64,000 nucleotides of DNA, taken from NCBI GenBank assembly GCA_036785375.1, contig JAWMAR010000226.1, forward strand, positions 2,852,001 through 2,916,000, read 5' to 3'. Numbering within the stretch: the first letter of the stretch is position 1; each line of letters opens with the position of its first letter. The position numbers were made by a program, and so were the translations under genes. Positions 25,086-36,490 of the stretch are shown here, piece by piece. A model generated the notes under the pieces. It made no database searches. It worked only from the letters and a program-made list of their open reading frames with translations, and was not told the origin of the DNA. The stretch is from Leucoraja ocellata. Taxonomy: Eukaryota.

Positions 25086-26522
25086 TAGCATAAGACTGAT
25101 CAGGAAACATTGACTAAAGTTATGGCATTAACAAGAGGGATGGTGTGGTAAATTGATCTGTTGTACTATTGCAAAGAAGAATTCCATTATTCCGTTTCAG
25201 GGCATATGACAATAAAACATTATAGACTCTTGTCTTGAAACTCTCAGCACATGGATAAATTAATTGGCTCCATCTGGAACACCTGCAATTGTCTCATGAA
25301 TCTATCTTCATGTGAACTTGACACTGGGCAATGCCAAAAAGGTTTATGGTTCAAGCAGATAACTTTTCACCAGATGTCATAATAGCCACATGAGAGCAAA
25401 AGAAAGAATGACACTTTAAATATTAAACACCTACAGCTGAGCCTCTGGAAAAACATGGCATGTGAAAATGTTCACATTCATGATGTTCGAGGAAATGCGG
25501 AACTGCCTGTAAAGCAAAGTTATATTGATCAAACCTCCCCCCCAGTGACAACACCCACTAATTCTTGCACAATATTGTAGTACCAGCTGTCAGACAGAAG
25601 GCAAAAAGACAATTGATATCACACCACAGGTAAGTGAAAGATATCCTGAATGGCACCACAGTACTGTAGTGACAACGGCAATATCTGGCTACACAAACAA
25701 TGAAGTAACCAATGCTTTGAAACTGGCATTCTACTGCCATAATTAAAGGGCTCCGCTGTTTGGCCATTTTTTGTCATTTCAGTATATGAAGATAACATTT
25801 ATGAAGGGAGAATTTGAGAATTTGTGAAGGCCCAAAAATCGACACAAAAAAGGATGACCATTGTTTTCAGAACAAATACTCTCCCCATTTTGAATGCAGA
25901 TGCATAATAATACAGGGATATTGTCCAATAAATATGGAATATTTATGGATAAGGAAGTGGGTTCTCATCCCTTCCATCCAGATGCCTTCAGTACGGAACT
26001 ACCCCTCCCTCACTTTAACTGGGCATTTCAAAGGTTTCTGCTTAGATTTCCGAAAGTGGATCATCCATTCTGGGCTTATTGCTTGGAGATTGCAGTATGT
26101 TTGTGGAAATTCAGCTTCTTATGCCTTGTTAGATTATCATACTTCAAATATAAGCAACTGAAGCGTGCTCCCCCAGAGGTGAGGACTGCACAGAGCTGTT
26201 CCGTGGCGGCAGAGGAACAACTACGGGACTGCTTGGAGTCTGTAGACTGGGCAATGTTCAAGGACTCTGCAACATACCTGAATGAATACACCACAGTCGT
26301 CACAGATTTCGTAAGGGAATGTGTGGAGGACTGTGTTCCTACAAAAACCATCCGAGTGTTTCCTGACCAGAAGCCTTGGATGAACCAGGAGATCTGCATT
26401 CTTCTTGGACCAGATCCCAGGCATTCAGGTCTGGTGTCGCAGAGGTCTATAAGAAGCCCAGATACGACCTTGACAAGGCCATCAAAAAGGCCAACAGGGA
26501 CCTGCTCTAAGCTGAAGGATGG

Positions 26523-28571
26523 TGTAGTGGCCATTTAGCTTATTTTGTGTGTCATTAATTATGGCATGTGCCTTTAAATCCTAGACTGCCTGTTATTATG
26601 TGGGTGGGATTTATTACGTATTCTAGGGTGTGTTTGGAGTTAGCGTTCTTGCGCAGAAGCTTAGTTCTTTAGTTTTAGTTTTGAACTTACATGGGGATGG
26701 TTAACTCTTCGACCATGTGACATTTAACCGAGACACGAGGAGTTTTCTAATGTTTATGCGATACGCTGGAGTTTGACGAAGATTAAAGTATACGTCGGAA
26801 TATAAGGTTGGATGTATCTTATTGTGTTTCTTCAACAATAAAAGCCTATTAATCAAAAGTGTGGTATGAAGATATATCTGTGACGAAGCTTTGTAGGTCT
26901 CATGGAGAGCTCACATGCATATTACGACATTTTCCTTAACCATGTACAGGTGCACAACCTTTTATCCGAAATTCCAAATAACGAAAAGCTCCGAATAGCG
27001 GACATTTTTTCGGTCCTTGAAGAAAGGTCCTTGAAGACGTTCACCGAGGGCGGCCCGCAGAGGTGACAGCGGAACCTCCGGTCGGTCCTCGAAGAAAGGG
27101 GAACTAAATCCCCATTCATAAAAGAGAAGGTGAGGGTATATTGCGCGGGAGGGTTAATAATTGACAATCTGCTGCTACCTGCCCACTGAGTTAAAACGTT
27201 CCCACGGTAGACTCACGATACACAGTGTATCGTGAGTCTTGCGTGGGAACTTTTTAACTCAGCGGGTAGGCAGCAGCAGATTGTCGCTCCCTTCAGTTTC
27301 ACCCCACCTACACCCCTCTGCTTCCTGGCCATGTGTGTGACCCCTTCCCTTCCCTCTCCAGCTCCCCGCCCATTGCACCGGCGCGGGGGCTTTGCACTGT
27401 CTTCACGTCGACGATGCCAGCAGGTCAGTGCCAGTCACCGGAGACGTCAGGACCAATGGGACACCGACCCCCAGGCCCACTGCAAGCACGGAGATCCCAG
27501 AGACCCACAGCCAGCAGCAGCCCAGCCCCGTTCCAACTCCAGAGGAACACACTCCCCGTAGGGACAGAAGCTGATGGTGTGCAAGGTACGTCTTGTTCTT
27601 GGGGTTGCGGATGAGGGGTCGCTGACGTCTCCGGCCACCCCCCTGAAGAGGAGCTGAGACTGGGAACTGTACCACCCTTGCCCCCCCCCCCCCCCCCTCT
27701 GCAACTGCAAACACCCCACTCTCCTGCTCACCTGCAAGGGCGGTACAGTTCCCAGTCTCAGCTCCTGTACAGGGGGGTGGCCGGAGACGTCAGGACCACC
27801 AGAAGCCACTCCCCGATGGGCCGCTACGGCGACAAGTGGCAGTTCGCCCACAGCCCGAGCTGCGCCCCCTCATCGGGACACCGACCTCCAGGCTCACTGC
27901 AAGCACGGAGATCCCAGATCAGCAACTCCAGCCCAGCCCCGCTCCAACTCCAGAGGAACACGCTCCCCGTAGGGGCAGAAGCTGATGGTGTGCAAGGTAC
28001 GTCTTGTTCTTGGGGTGGCGCAGCTCGGGCTGTGGGCGAACTGCCACTTGTCGCCGTAGCGGCCCATCGGGGAGCGGATTCCTCTGGAGTTGGAGGGCGA
28101 GGGGGGTATTGTGCCGTTTGATCGCCCCCTGCTATCCCAGGGACAGGGAGACACAGCGGCCTTTGAGAATGGTGGGCAATCACTTCCAAAGTTCTGCCCA
28201 CACAGTCAGTACACCTCTCCTACACTTGTCTCCCGCACTAAGATCATCTCGCAGAGAATGATCCCAGCCTAACCCTCCCTATTCTCTCCTATTCTGCAAG
28301 AAAAAACTACATTGAAGACTCAAACTCGCGATCGAGTAACTGCCGGGATCGAGGCACAAACTCGTGACCTTGCGGATAGGAGCCGAGCACTCTACCACTG
28401 CGCCAGCCGTTAAAATCTACGCTAAAAATCTTCCATTCCGAAAGCCGAAAAATTACGAATTACGAAAAGTGTCTGGTCCCAAGGCTTTCGGATAAAAGGT
28501 TGTGCACCTGTAGTTCAACTTAGTGGCTAGAGGGAGCAATCTCTTGAACGATATAAAAATCCGCCACTGCA
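26523..28571. mobile_element. Solo LTR (~485 bp without the nested MITE), 5-bp TSD
   Basis: Ends TGTAGTGGC...GCCACTGCA, flanked by GATGG (26518-26522, 28572-28576). Removing it restores the Rex1 frame KLKDG-AGVQPLWQGL. Contains AATAAA at ~26838. Confidence 0.8.
26947..28510. mobile_element. Non-autonomous Tc1/mariner (pogo/Tigger-like) DNA transposon, 1564 bp
   Basis: Perfect 25-bp TIR CAGGTGCACAACCTTTTATCCGAAA (26947-26971, 28486-28510) flanked by TA on both sides. No transposase ORF. Confidence 0.9.
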
Positions 28572-29045
28572 GATGGTGCGGGTGTTCAGCCATTGTGGCA
28601 GGGCTTGAATGCCAACACCCCCTACAAGGCAAAATCAGAAGGCAGCTCAAGTGACAGGGAAGCATCAGTCCCTGACGAGCTCAATGTATTCTTCGCAAGC
28701 TTTGATAGGGAGAACACTGATGCACCTTCCCGAGTCCCCATACTCCCCGATGGTATTACAGTCACATTCACAGAGGCCAACGTCAGAAGATCCTTCAGGG
28801 GGGTGAGCCCTCGGAAAGTGTCTGGACCTGATGGTATACTCGGTCGAGTTCTCAAAACCTGTGCAGACCGACTGGCTGGAGTTTTTGCAGACATTTTCAA
28901 CCTCTCATTACCGAGGTCTGAGTTTCCCACCTGCTTTATAATACCGATGCGCAAGAAGAGTAAGATGACGTGCCTCAACGACTATCGACCAGTGACACTA
29001 ATGGCCGTGGTGATTAGGTGCTTTGAGAGGTTGGTTATGGCGCAT

Positions 29046-29837
29046 ATTCAGATTCAGATTCAGGTTCAACTTTAATTGTCATTGTCAGTGAACAGTACAG
29101 AGACAACGAAATGCATTTAGCATCTCCCTGGAAGAGCGACATAGCATATGATTTGAATAAATATTTACATTAGCATATATACAGACATAGTGTTTTTCCT
29201 GTGGGAGGAGTGTCCGGGGGGGGGGGGGGGGATGGGTGATTGGCAGTCACCGAGGTACATTGTTCAGTAGTGTGACAGCCGCAGGGAAGAAGCTGTTCCT
29301 GGACCTGCTGGACCAGCAACAGAAAGGCCTGTAGCGCCTCCCGGGTGGTAGGAGGGTAAACAGTCCATGGTTGGGGTGAGAGCAGTCCTTGGCGATGCTG
29401 AGCGCCCTCCGCAGACAACGCTTGCTTTGGACAGGCTCAATGGAGGGGAGCGAAGAACCGGTGATGCGTTGAGCAATTTTCACCACCCTCTGCAAGGCCT
29501 TCCGGTCGGAGACAGAGCAGTTGCCATACCATACTGCGATACAGTTGGTAAGGATGCTCTCGATGGTGCAGCGGTAGAAGTTCACCAGGATCTGAGGAGA
29601 CAGATGGACCTTCTTCAGTCTCCTCAGGAAGAAGAGACGCTGGTGAGCCTTTTTGACCAGAGTTGAGGTATTGTGGGTCCAAGAGAGGTCGTCGGAGATG
29701 TTACACCCAGGAACCTGAAGCTAGAAACACGTTCCACCTCCGTCCCGTTAATGTGGATGGGGGTGTGCGTGCCGCCTCTGGACTTCCTGAAGTCTACAAT
29801 GAGCTCCTTGGTCTTCTTGGAGTTAAGGGCCAGGCCA
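29046..29837 (-). mobile_element. Younger Rex1/Babar-type LINE 3' fragment inserted antisense into the host Rex1
   Basis: ORF 29247-29585 NFYRCTIESILTNCIAVWYGN..LQRVVKIAQRITG..RNSFFPAAV. Tail gacaattaaagttgaacctgaatctgaatctgaat. Confidence 0.9.
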
Positions 29838-30030
29838 AACTCCTACCTCAACACGAATCTTGACCCACTACAGTTTGCCTACCGTCACAACAGGTCAACG
29901 GAGGATGCGATCTCACTGGCTCTCCACTTCGCACTGGACCATTTGGACAATAAAAACATTTGCATCAGGCTGTTGTTTATAGACTACAGCTCGGAGTATA
30001 ATACCATCATCCCCTCCAAGCTGGTTACCA

Positions 30031-30892
30031 GCCGGAAGTACTCGTCGGACCCAGGCTCCGTAATCCTTCCCGGGAGCCGGACCCACACAATTTGAGCCGC
30101 CTTTCCTCGACGCCCTTCATCTCCCTCCGAGGCACAGGGAGGCGTGTCCTGTACGGGCTCCTCCTCCACACCCTGCACTTCCTTGCCCTGGTCCACCGTC
30201 CGGACACCAAGTGGCGGTCGGTGTTGCCTTCCGGCTGCGAGGGGGGCCCCCGGTGGGGTCCCTCAGTGCAGGGATTCTCCCCCTCTACATCGGGGACCGG
30301 GGTGGAGGGTACTGCACCAGGGAGTCCCTTGTAACCGGTTTCTCTCGCAGTTCACAGACTCGCCAGCCGCCTGCCACTTCTGCGGGCTGGAAGAATCTGT
30401 ATACAACGTGTATATGGAGTGTGTGAGGTTGCAGCCCCTGTTCCATTATCTAAATGGGTTGCTCCTTGCATTCTGGCTGCACTTCTCACCAACCATCGTC
30501 ATCTTCGGACACCCTGTGCTTAGGGGAGAGGGTAGGGAGAGGGTAGGGGAGAGGGTAGGGGAGAGGGTAGGGCCGAGGATGTCCTGGTTGGGTTGCTCCT
30601 GGGCCTGGCCAAGTTGGCCATCCGTGTCACGGTGCCAGGCGGAAGAGGGCTCTGCCCGAGCCGGCTGCCTGCCCCTTTTCTGCAGTTACGTCTATGTCCA
30701 GGTGGTGGTAGAGAGGGAATACGCGCTGTCCACGGGCGCCCTGGGGATTTCTGGGGGTTGAATGCCTCCTTGACAAGGAGTGTAAGATAGTTATATAATA
30801 GTTTATCGTTTGTCGTGACTTCTGTTTCGTTTTTTACTGTACTGTAAATATTATTTTAATATTTGAATAAATATTTTTAGTTATATATAAAA
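30031..30892 (+). mobile_element. Tx1-type LINE 3' fragment (ORF2 CCHC region) with A-rich tail and 13-bp TSD
   Basis: LYGLLLHTLHFLALVHRPDTKWRSVL..GWRVLH..CHFCGLEESVYNVYMECVRL. TSD AAGCTGGTTACCA at 30018-30030 and 30893-30905. Internal (GAGAGGGTAGGG)x4. Confidence 0.9.
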
Positions 30893-32309
30893 AAGCTGGT
30901 TACCAAGCTCACGGAACTGGGTCTCTGCACATCCCTCTGCAATTGAATCCTCGACTTCCTCATCCACAGACCACAGTCTGTTCTAATTGGCTGAAATATT
31001 TCTCCCTCATTAACAATCAGTGCAGGAGCACCTCAAGGCTGCGTGCTCAGCCTCCTGCTCTACTCACTCTATACTCATGACTGTGTAGCCGGACACAGTG
31101 CAAATTCCATCTTCAAGTTCACCGATGACACCACCATTGTTGGACAAATTACAGATGGTGATGAGTCAGAGTATAGAAGTGAGATCGCCCAACTGACCAA
31201 AAGGTGCCAGCACAACAACCTGGCTCTCAATATCAGTAAAAACAATGAACTGATTGAGGACTTCCTTCCAGAGGAAGGATGAGGACCCACAATCCTGTTT
31301 ATATCAACAACTTCAAATTCCTGGGCATGTATATTTCTGAAGATCTTTCCTGGACTCAGCACACTGATGCAATTATAAATAAAGCACACCAACACCTCTA
31401 CTTCCTGAGAAGATTACAGAAATGTGGTATGTCAGAGAGGATTCTCTTGAACTTCTACAGGTGTACAGTAGAGATCTTATTGACTGGTTGCATCAAGGCC
31501 TGGTTCGGCAATTTGAATGCCCAAGAGAGAAAAAGACTGCACAAAGTTGTGAACACTGCCCAGTCCATCACCGGCTCAGACCTCCCCACCTTTGAAGGAA
31601 ATTATCGGAATCGCTACTTCAAAAAGGCAGCCAGCTTCATCAGAGACCCACACCATCCTGGTCACACACACATTTCACCCCTGCCATCGGGAAGAAGTTA
31701 CCGGAGCCTGAAAACTACATCGTCCAGGTTCAGAAACAGCTTCTTCCCTGCAGCCATCAGGTTATTAAACACTACAACCTCAAATAAGCTCTGAACTACA
31801 ATAGACTATTATTATTATTATTAGTAGTAGTAGTATTGCACTACTATCGTTTGTTTTTTGTGCGTTAGTATGTGTGCGTACGAGCGTGTGTGTACTTGTG
31901 AGTATGTGTTGTGAGTATGTGTATATATACACACTGAACTTTTGTGTGAACAAATTTTTCCTCTCACATTTGTTATATTGTTTACAGTGTACTATGTTTA
32001 CATATTCTGTTGTGCTGCAGCAAGTAAGTATGTTATTGTTCTACCTGGGACATATGACAATAAAACACTCTTGACTCTTGACACTTTATATAATAATGCC
32101 CAGATTTGTAGAGAAACTGGAATAGATTAATTAAAGTCACAGCCAAGCCTGAGGACAGATAATGAATATCACCACAACCTTGTTAAAACATCATCAATTT
32201 ACCAATATAGTTTCTAACTGCTGAACAGTATATCCAGGTTACACAATCTCGAAGGGTGGTCCATCTGAGTGAGGCACAGCCTATTGCAGGAATCTTTGAA
32301 GCAACCTTT

Positions 32310-32595
32310 CCTGTACATTTGGGAAACAGGACGGCCAGTTATTTTAGCTACTCGTAGCAAACCTAGACTCGGCAATCATCTCGCTGAACACTTGCGCTCA
32401 GTCTGCCTAGGCCACTGGAATCTCCCGGTTGCCAACCATTTCAATTCCCCTTCTCATTCCCATACTTATCTTTCTGCCCTGGGGCCCTTCCACTGGCAGT
32501 GAGGCCACACACTAATTGGAGGAACAGCACCTCATATTTTGCTTGAGTAGCTTACAACCCACAGAATAGCATAGAATTCTTTAATTTTAAGTAAC
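32310..32595 (+). mobile_element. Penelope-like element GIY-YIG endonuclease remnant
   Basis: YIWETG..RLGNHLAEHLRSV..LPVANHFNSPSHSHTYLSALG.., then EEQHLIF in a shifted frame; matches the vertebrate Penelope/Neptune C-terminal endonuclease. Confidence 0.8.
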
Positions 32596-32787
32596 TTAAT
32601 CTCATAATCCCACCTGGACAAATCCACCTTTGTCCTTTCAAGATTGCTGTATCTAGAAGTTCTTCTGTGTGCCACCATGAGTGTGGTTATCATACAGTGA
32701 TCAGTAACATAACTAGTATATCATGACCTTGCATTTCAACTAATGTCCTACAAGGAATGTGATCACAAATATTGACATGTCATGACA

Positions 32788-33843
32788 AGTAATGGTGGAT
32801 GGTTGTTTGTCAGGTTGGAGGCCAGTGACGAGTGGGGTGCCACAGGGATCTGTGTTGGGTCCACTGTTGTTTGTCATGTACATCAATGATTTGGATGATG
32901 GTGTGGTAAATTGGATTAGTAAGTATGCAGATGATACTAAGATAGGTGGGGTTGCGGGTAATGAAGTAGAGTTTCAAAGTCTACAGAGAGATTTATGCCA
33001 GTTGGAAGAGTGGGCTGAAAGATGGCAGATGGAATTTAATGCTGATAAGTGGGAGGTGCTACATCTTGGCAGGACAAATCAAAATAGGACGTACATGGTA
33101 AATGGTAGGGAATTGAAGAATGTAGGTGAACAGAGGGATCTGGGAATAACTGTGCACAGTTCCCTGAAAGTGGAATCTCATGTAGATAGGGTGGTAAAGA
33201 AAGCTTTTGGTGTGCTGGCCTTTATAAATCAGAGCATTGAGTATAGAAGTTGGGATGTAATGTTAAAATTGTACAAGGCATTGGTGAGGCCAATTCTGGA
33301 GTATGGTGTACAATTTTGGTTGCCTAATTATAGGAAGGATGTCAACAAAATAGAGAGAGTACAGAGGAGATTTACTAGAATGTTGCCTGGGTTTCAGCAA
33401 CTAAGTTACAGAGAAAGGTTGAACAAGTTAGGGCTTTATTCTTTGGAGCGCAGAAGGTTAAGGGGGGACGATAGAGGTTTTTAAAATGATGAGAGGGATA
33501 GACAGAGTTGACGTGGAAAAGCTTTTCCCACTGAGAGTAGGGAAGATTCAAACAAGGGGACATGACATGAGAATTAAGGGACTGAAGTTTAGGGGTAACA
33601 TGAGGGGGAACTTCTTTACTCAGAGAGTGGTAGCTGTGTGGAATGAGCTTCCAGTGAAGGTGGTGGAGGCAGGTTCGTTTTTATCATTTAAAAATAAATT
33701 GGATAGTTATATGGATGGGAAGGGAATGGAGGGTTATGGTCTGAGCGCAGGTATATGGGACTAGGGGAGATTATGTGTTCGGCACGGACTAGAAGGGTCG
33801 AGATGGCCTGTTTCCGTGCTGTAATTGTTATATGGTTATATGT
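32788..33843 (+). mobile_element. 5'-truncated, well-preserved CR1/HER1 LINE (RT core to 3' tail)
   Basis: ORF 32792-33484 SGVPQGSVLGPLLFVMYINDL..SKYADDTK, frameshift, then ORF 33486-33764 TRGH..FFTQRVVAVWNELP. Tail gttatatggttata. Confidence 0.95.
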
Positions 33844-34399
33844 CCTTGAACATGTATCCCGAGCCTCCTTCATAGACTTGGTGAACCCCATCAAAATTAC
33901 ATTTCTGTGTTATCCTCAATTGGAGATGTACTTGTCTTCAACGGCAACAATGTCACTTTAGTATATCCATGATTCTGTTCATTTATTAAGTTTCCATTCA
34001 TTGTTAACATTACATTCCTGCATGTAATACGTGGTGCTGAATTCTCAGGATTGATTGGTGGCAACTTCAATGGAAGGTCAGCAAAAGTCGCACAGGAACA
34101 GTAGTCTTCTGGAGATTCAACAGATTTCTCACACTGTTATGTAGGAAGCGTAGGATCATTCTTAAGACATGACTGCCTACCTTGACACTGAGGAGTATTT
34201 TATCTGAGCAAAATTCTGTCTTCATGATTTATCAATAACCCAATCCATACTCCTTGCAATGTTCTGATTATTTTGAGGAAGGCTCAGATCAAACTATCAG
34301 GATCCTGGCCTATACTTCCAACATTTTTGATATGCACTTGCTTCAGGGATGCACTAGTGTGAGCCAAGGAATTTCAAGTACTTAGAGTCACAGTGACGT

Positions 34400-34658
34400 C
34401 GGAGACCCGGGTTCGATCCCGTTTACGGGTGCTGTATGTATGGAGTTTGTATGTTCTCCGCGTGACCTGCATGGGTTTTCTCCGAGATCTTCGGTTTCCT
34501 CCCACATTCCAAAGACGTGCAGGTTTGTAGGTTAATTGGTTTGGTAAATGTAAAAATTGTCCCTAGTGGGTGTAAGATAGTGTTAATGTACGGGGGTCGC
34601 TGGTCAGCGCGACCTGATGGGCCAAAGGGCCTGTTTCCGTGCTGAATCTCTAAACTAA
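34400..34658 (+). mobile_element. HE1-like V-SINE, 5'-truncated
   Basis: gagacccgggttcgatcc (B box), central domain, gggcctgtttccgtgctgaatctctaaactaa tail. Confidence 0.85.
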
Positions 34659-34700
34659 TCAGCTAGAGGTAGTGTAATTATGCTCCTAAAGCTGACCCCC

Positions 34701-35196
34701 TGTAGTCTAGTTCAATAAAACACTGAGTCAAGCATTGGACCACTAAACTTTATTTTTTGAAACAACAACAAACTCCCTATACTATACCTAACCACCGTGG
34801 GTTCGAGCCTTGTCTCTGCTCATTCAAGTCCTTCAGCCTCGTGCAAGCAGACACCTCCAAAAGATTACGCAGTCCCAGCACCAAGATCGACAACGATCCT
34901 CATGTGGGTAACCTTTTATAGGTCATCGGACCCTGTGGGCAGAACTACATTGGGGTGGCAGCCTCTACAAGCCAATCACACATAATGTTCACATTATACA
35001 GTAATTGACAGTTCCCCAACCCAATTACAAAGTGCCCTATTACAATGTTTCTACAGAAGCTTCTGGAAACCAGTCAGCTAACTAAGTAATGCAACATTTC
35101 CCCTGGCAGTATAAACATTCCTGCCAAGGCTCCACGCTTCAGCCAATCATCAAACAGCAGTACAAACACCTTGAAACATTATTAATAGTATTTACA
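34701..35196 (-). mobile_element. Probable solo LTR (~496 bp)
   Basis: TGTA...TACA ends. On the minus strand: CCAAT-type boxes, TATAAAAGG (~34912-34920), then AATAAA (~34748-34753), in U3-R-U5 order. TSD is imperfect (CCCC / TCCC). Confidence 0.55.
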
Positions 35197-35884
35197 TCCC
35201 TCTTGCAGCTGGCCAATCCTGATTATGCATCTGCAACACCTCTGAGCTTCTCTGCAGAGTCCTCATACATTTTAACAATGGAGGGGACATCTGGATCTCA
35301 CCTTATCCGATATATCAATCTAGGACCTAAATTTCCTGGGACCGGCTTGCAGCTTGTAGCTTTCAACAGAAAACGGCCAAACAGCAGATGCATAGATCCT
35401 CTATTTTATAATAACTCTAATTTGGCCAATATTTACAGTAGCATTGCAACAGGTCTACCTCTCTGCTGTGAACAACTTCTTCATCTCTTTGTAGTGATGT
35501 CAGATTTAAAGAAAACACACATGCAAACATCAAATTAAGAAAGGAATGGATTCATATATGATACTTCTAGATATTACAAAGCCTGCTATTTAAGCTTATG
35601 ACTTTAGGTTGGTTGCTTCTTTGAAGAAAGCTGCCAGCCTTCCTGGAAGTGTTCCCCAGCTGCAGTCATCGTGTATATGAATGAAATAGAGAAGTTGGAA
35701 GAGAAAAAAAAGGGAAGAAAAGGACACTGTTTTCCCTGAAAAGCAAAACAAAAAAAGATTGCTTTGGAATCTGCTGCTTGTTCTGCAGATTTCAGGTTCT
35801 TAATTACCTATTCAAATGGTAACATCCATCAACGTTGGGAAGTTAAACAAGGGCTGGACCTCAACAGTGGCCTGGGGGAGGGCT

Positions 35885-36490
35885 GCAGGTACATAGTTCC
35901 CTGAAAGTGTTGTCACAGGTAGATAAGGTGGTCAAGAAGGCTTTGCCATTCACGGGCCTTCATCGGTCAGGGTATTGATGTTGGTGATGTCACATTTGTA
36001 GTATTGTGTTCAGTTTTGGTCACCCTCTTATTAGAAGAATGCCGTTAAGCTGGAAAGAGTGCAGAGAAGATTTATGAGGATTTGAGGGCTGGAGCTATAA
36101 GAAGAGGTTGGGCAGGCTAGGCCTTCATTCGTTCGAGTGCAGGTGGCTGAGATCTTATAGGGGTGCATTAAAAAAATCATGAGGGGGATAGATAGGGTGA
36201 ATGCACCATGTATTTTACCCAGTAGGGAATCAAGGCTTGATAACATAAGTTTAAGGCGATAGGAGAAAGATTTAAGAGGAACCAGAGGGGGGCCTTTTTC
36301 ATATAGAGTGACGGTTACATGGAACGAGCTGTCAGAGAAAGTAATTGAGGAGGCAGGTAATAAAACATTTAAAATATGTTTGGACAGGAACATGGATAGG
36401 AATGGTTAAGAGGGATATGTGCCAAACATGGGCAGGTGGGACTAGCATGGGCCGAAGGGCCTGGTTCCATGCTATATGACTTTATGACTA
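35885..36490 (+). mobile_element. CR1 3' fragment
   Basis: tagttccctgaaagtg..gtattgtgttcagttttggtcacc..ggaacgagctgtcagag..(tatgac)n tail. Confidence 0.8.

Larger units (their letters stand above)
26148..32080 (+). mobile_element. Rex1/Babar-type LINE, 5'-truncated, split into four pieces by nested insertions (26148-26522, 28572-29049, 29838-30030, 30906-32080)
   Basis: Pieces rejoin into one RT: EEQLRDCLESVDW..KPW; LWQGL..PDELNVFFASF..SGPDGI..NDYRPVTL; [30 protein letters not shown]; GAPQGCVLS.LLYSLYTHDC..KFTDDT; NFYRCTVE..RFRNSFFP. 3' tail gacaataaaacactcttgactcttga. Confidence 0.9.

Noticed and set aside
25546-25635. Possible exon ending CAG|GTAAGT
   Set aside because: Stops in all frames from the best acceptor; no recognisable product.
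34255-34300. SDYFEEGSDQ, reminiscent of the PPEF phosphatase motif SNYYEEGSNR
   Set aside because: In-frame stop a few codons upstream, no splice sites, and no other phosphatase motifs found.
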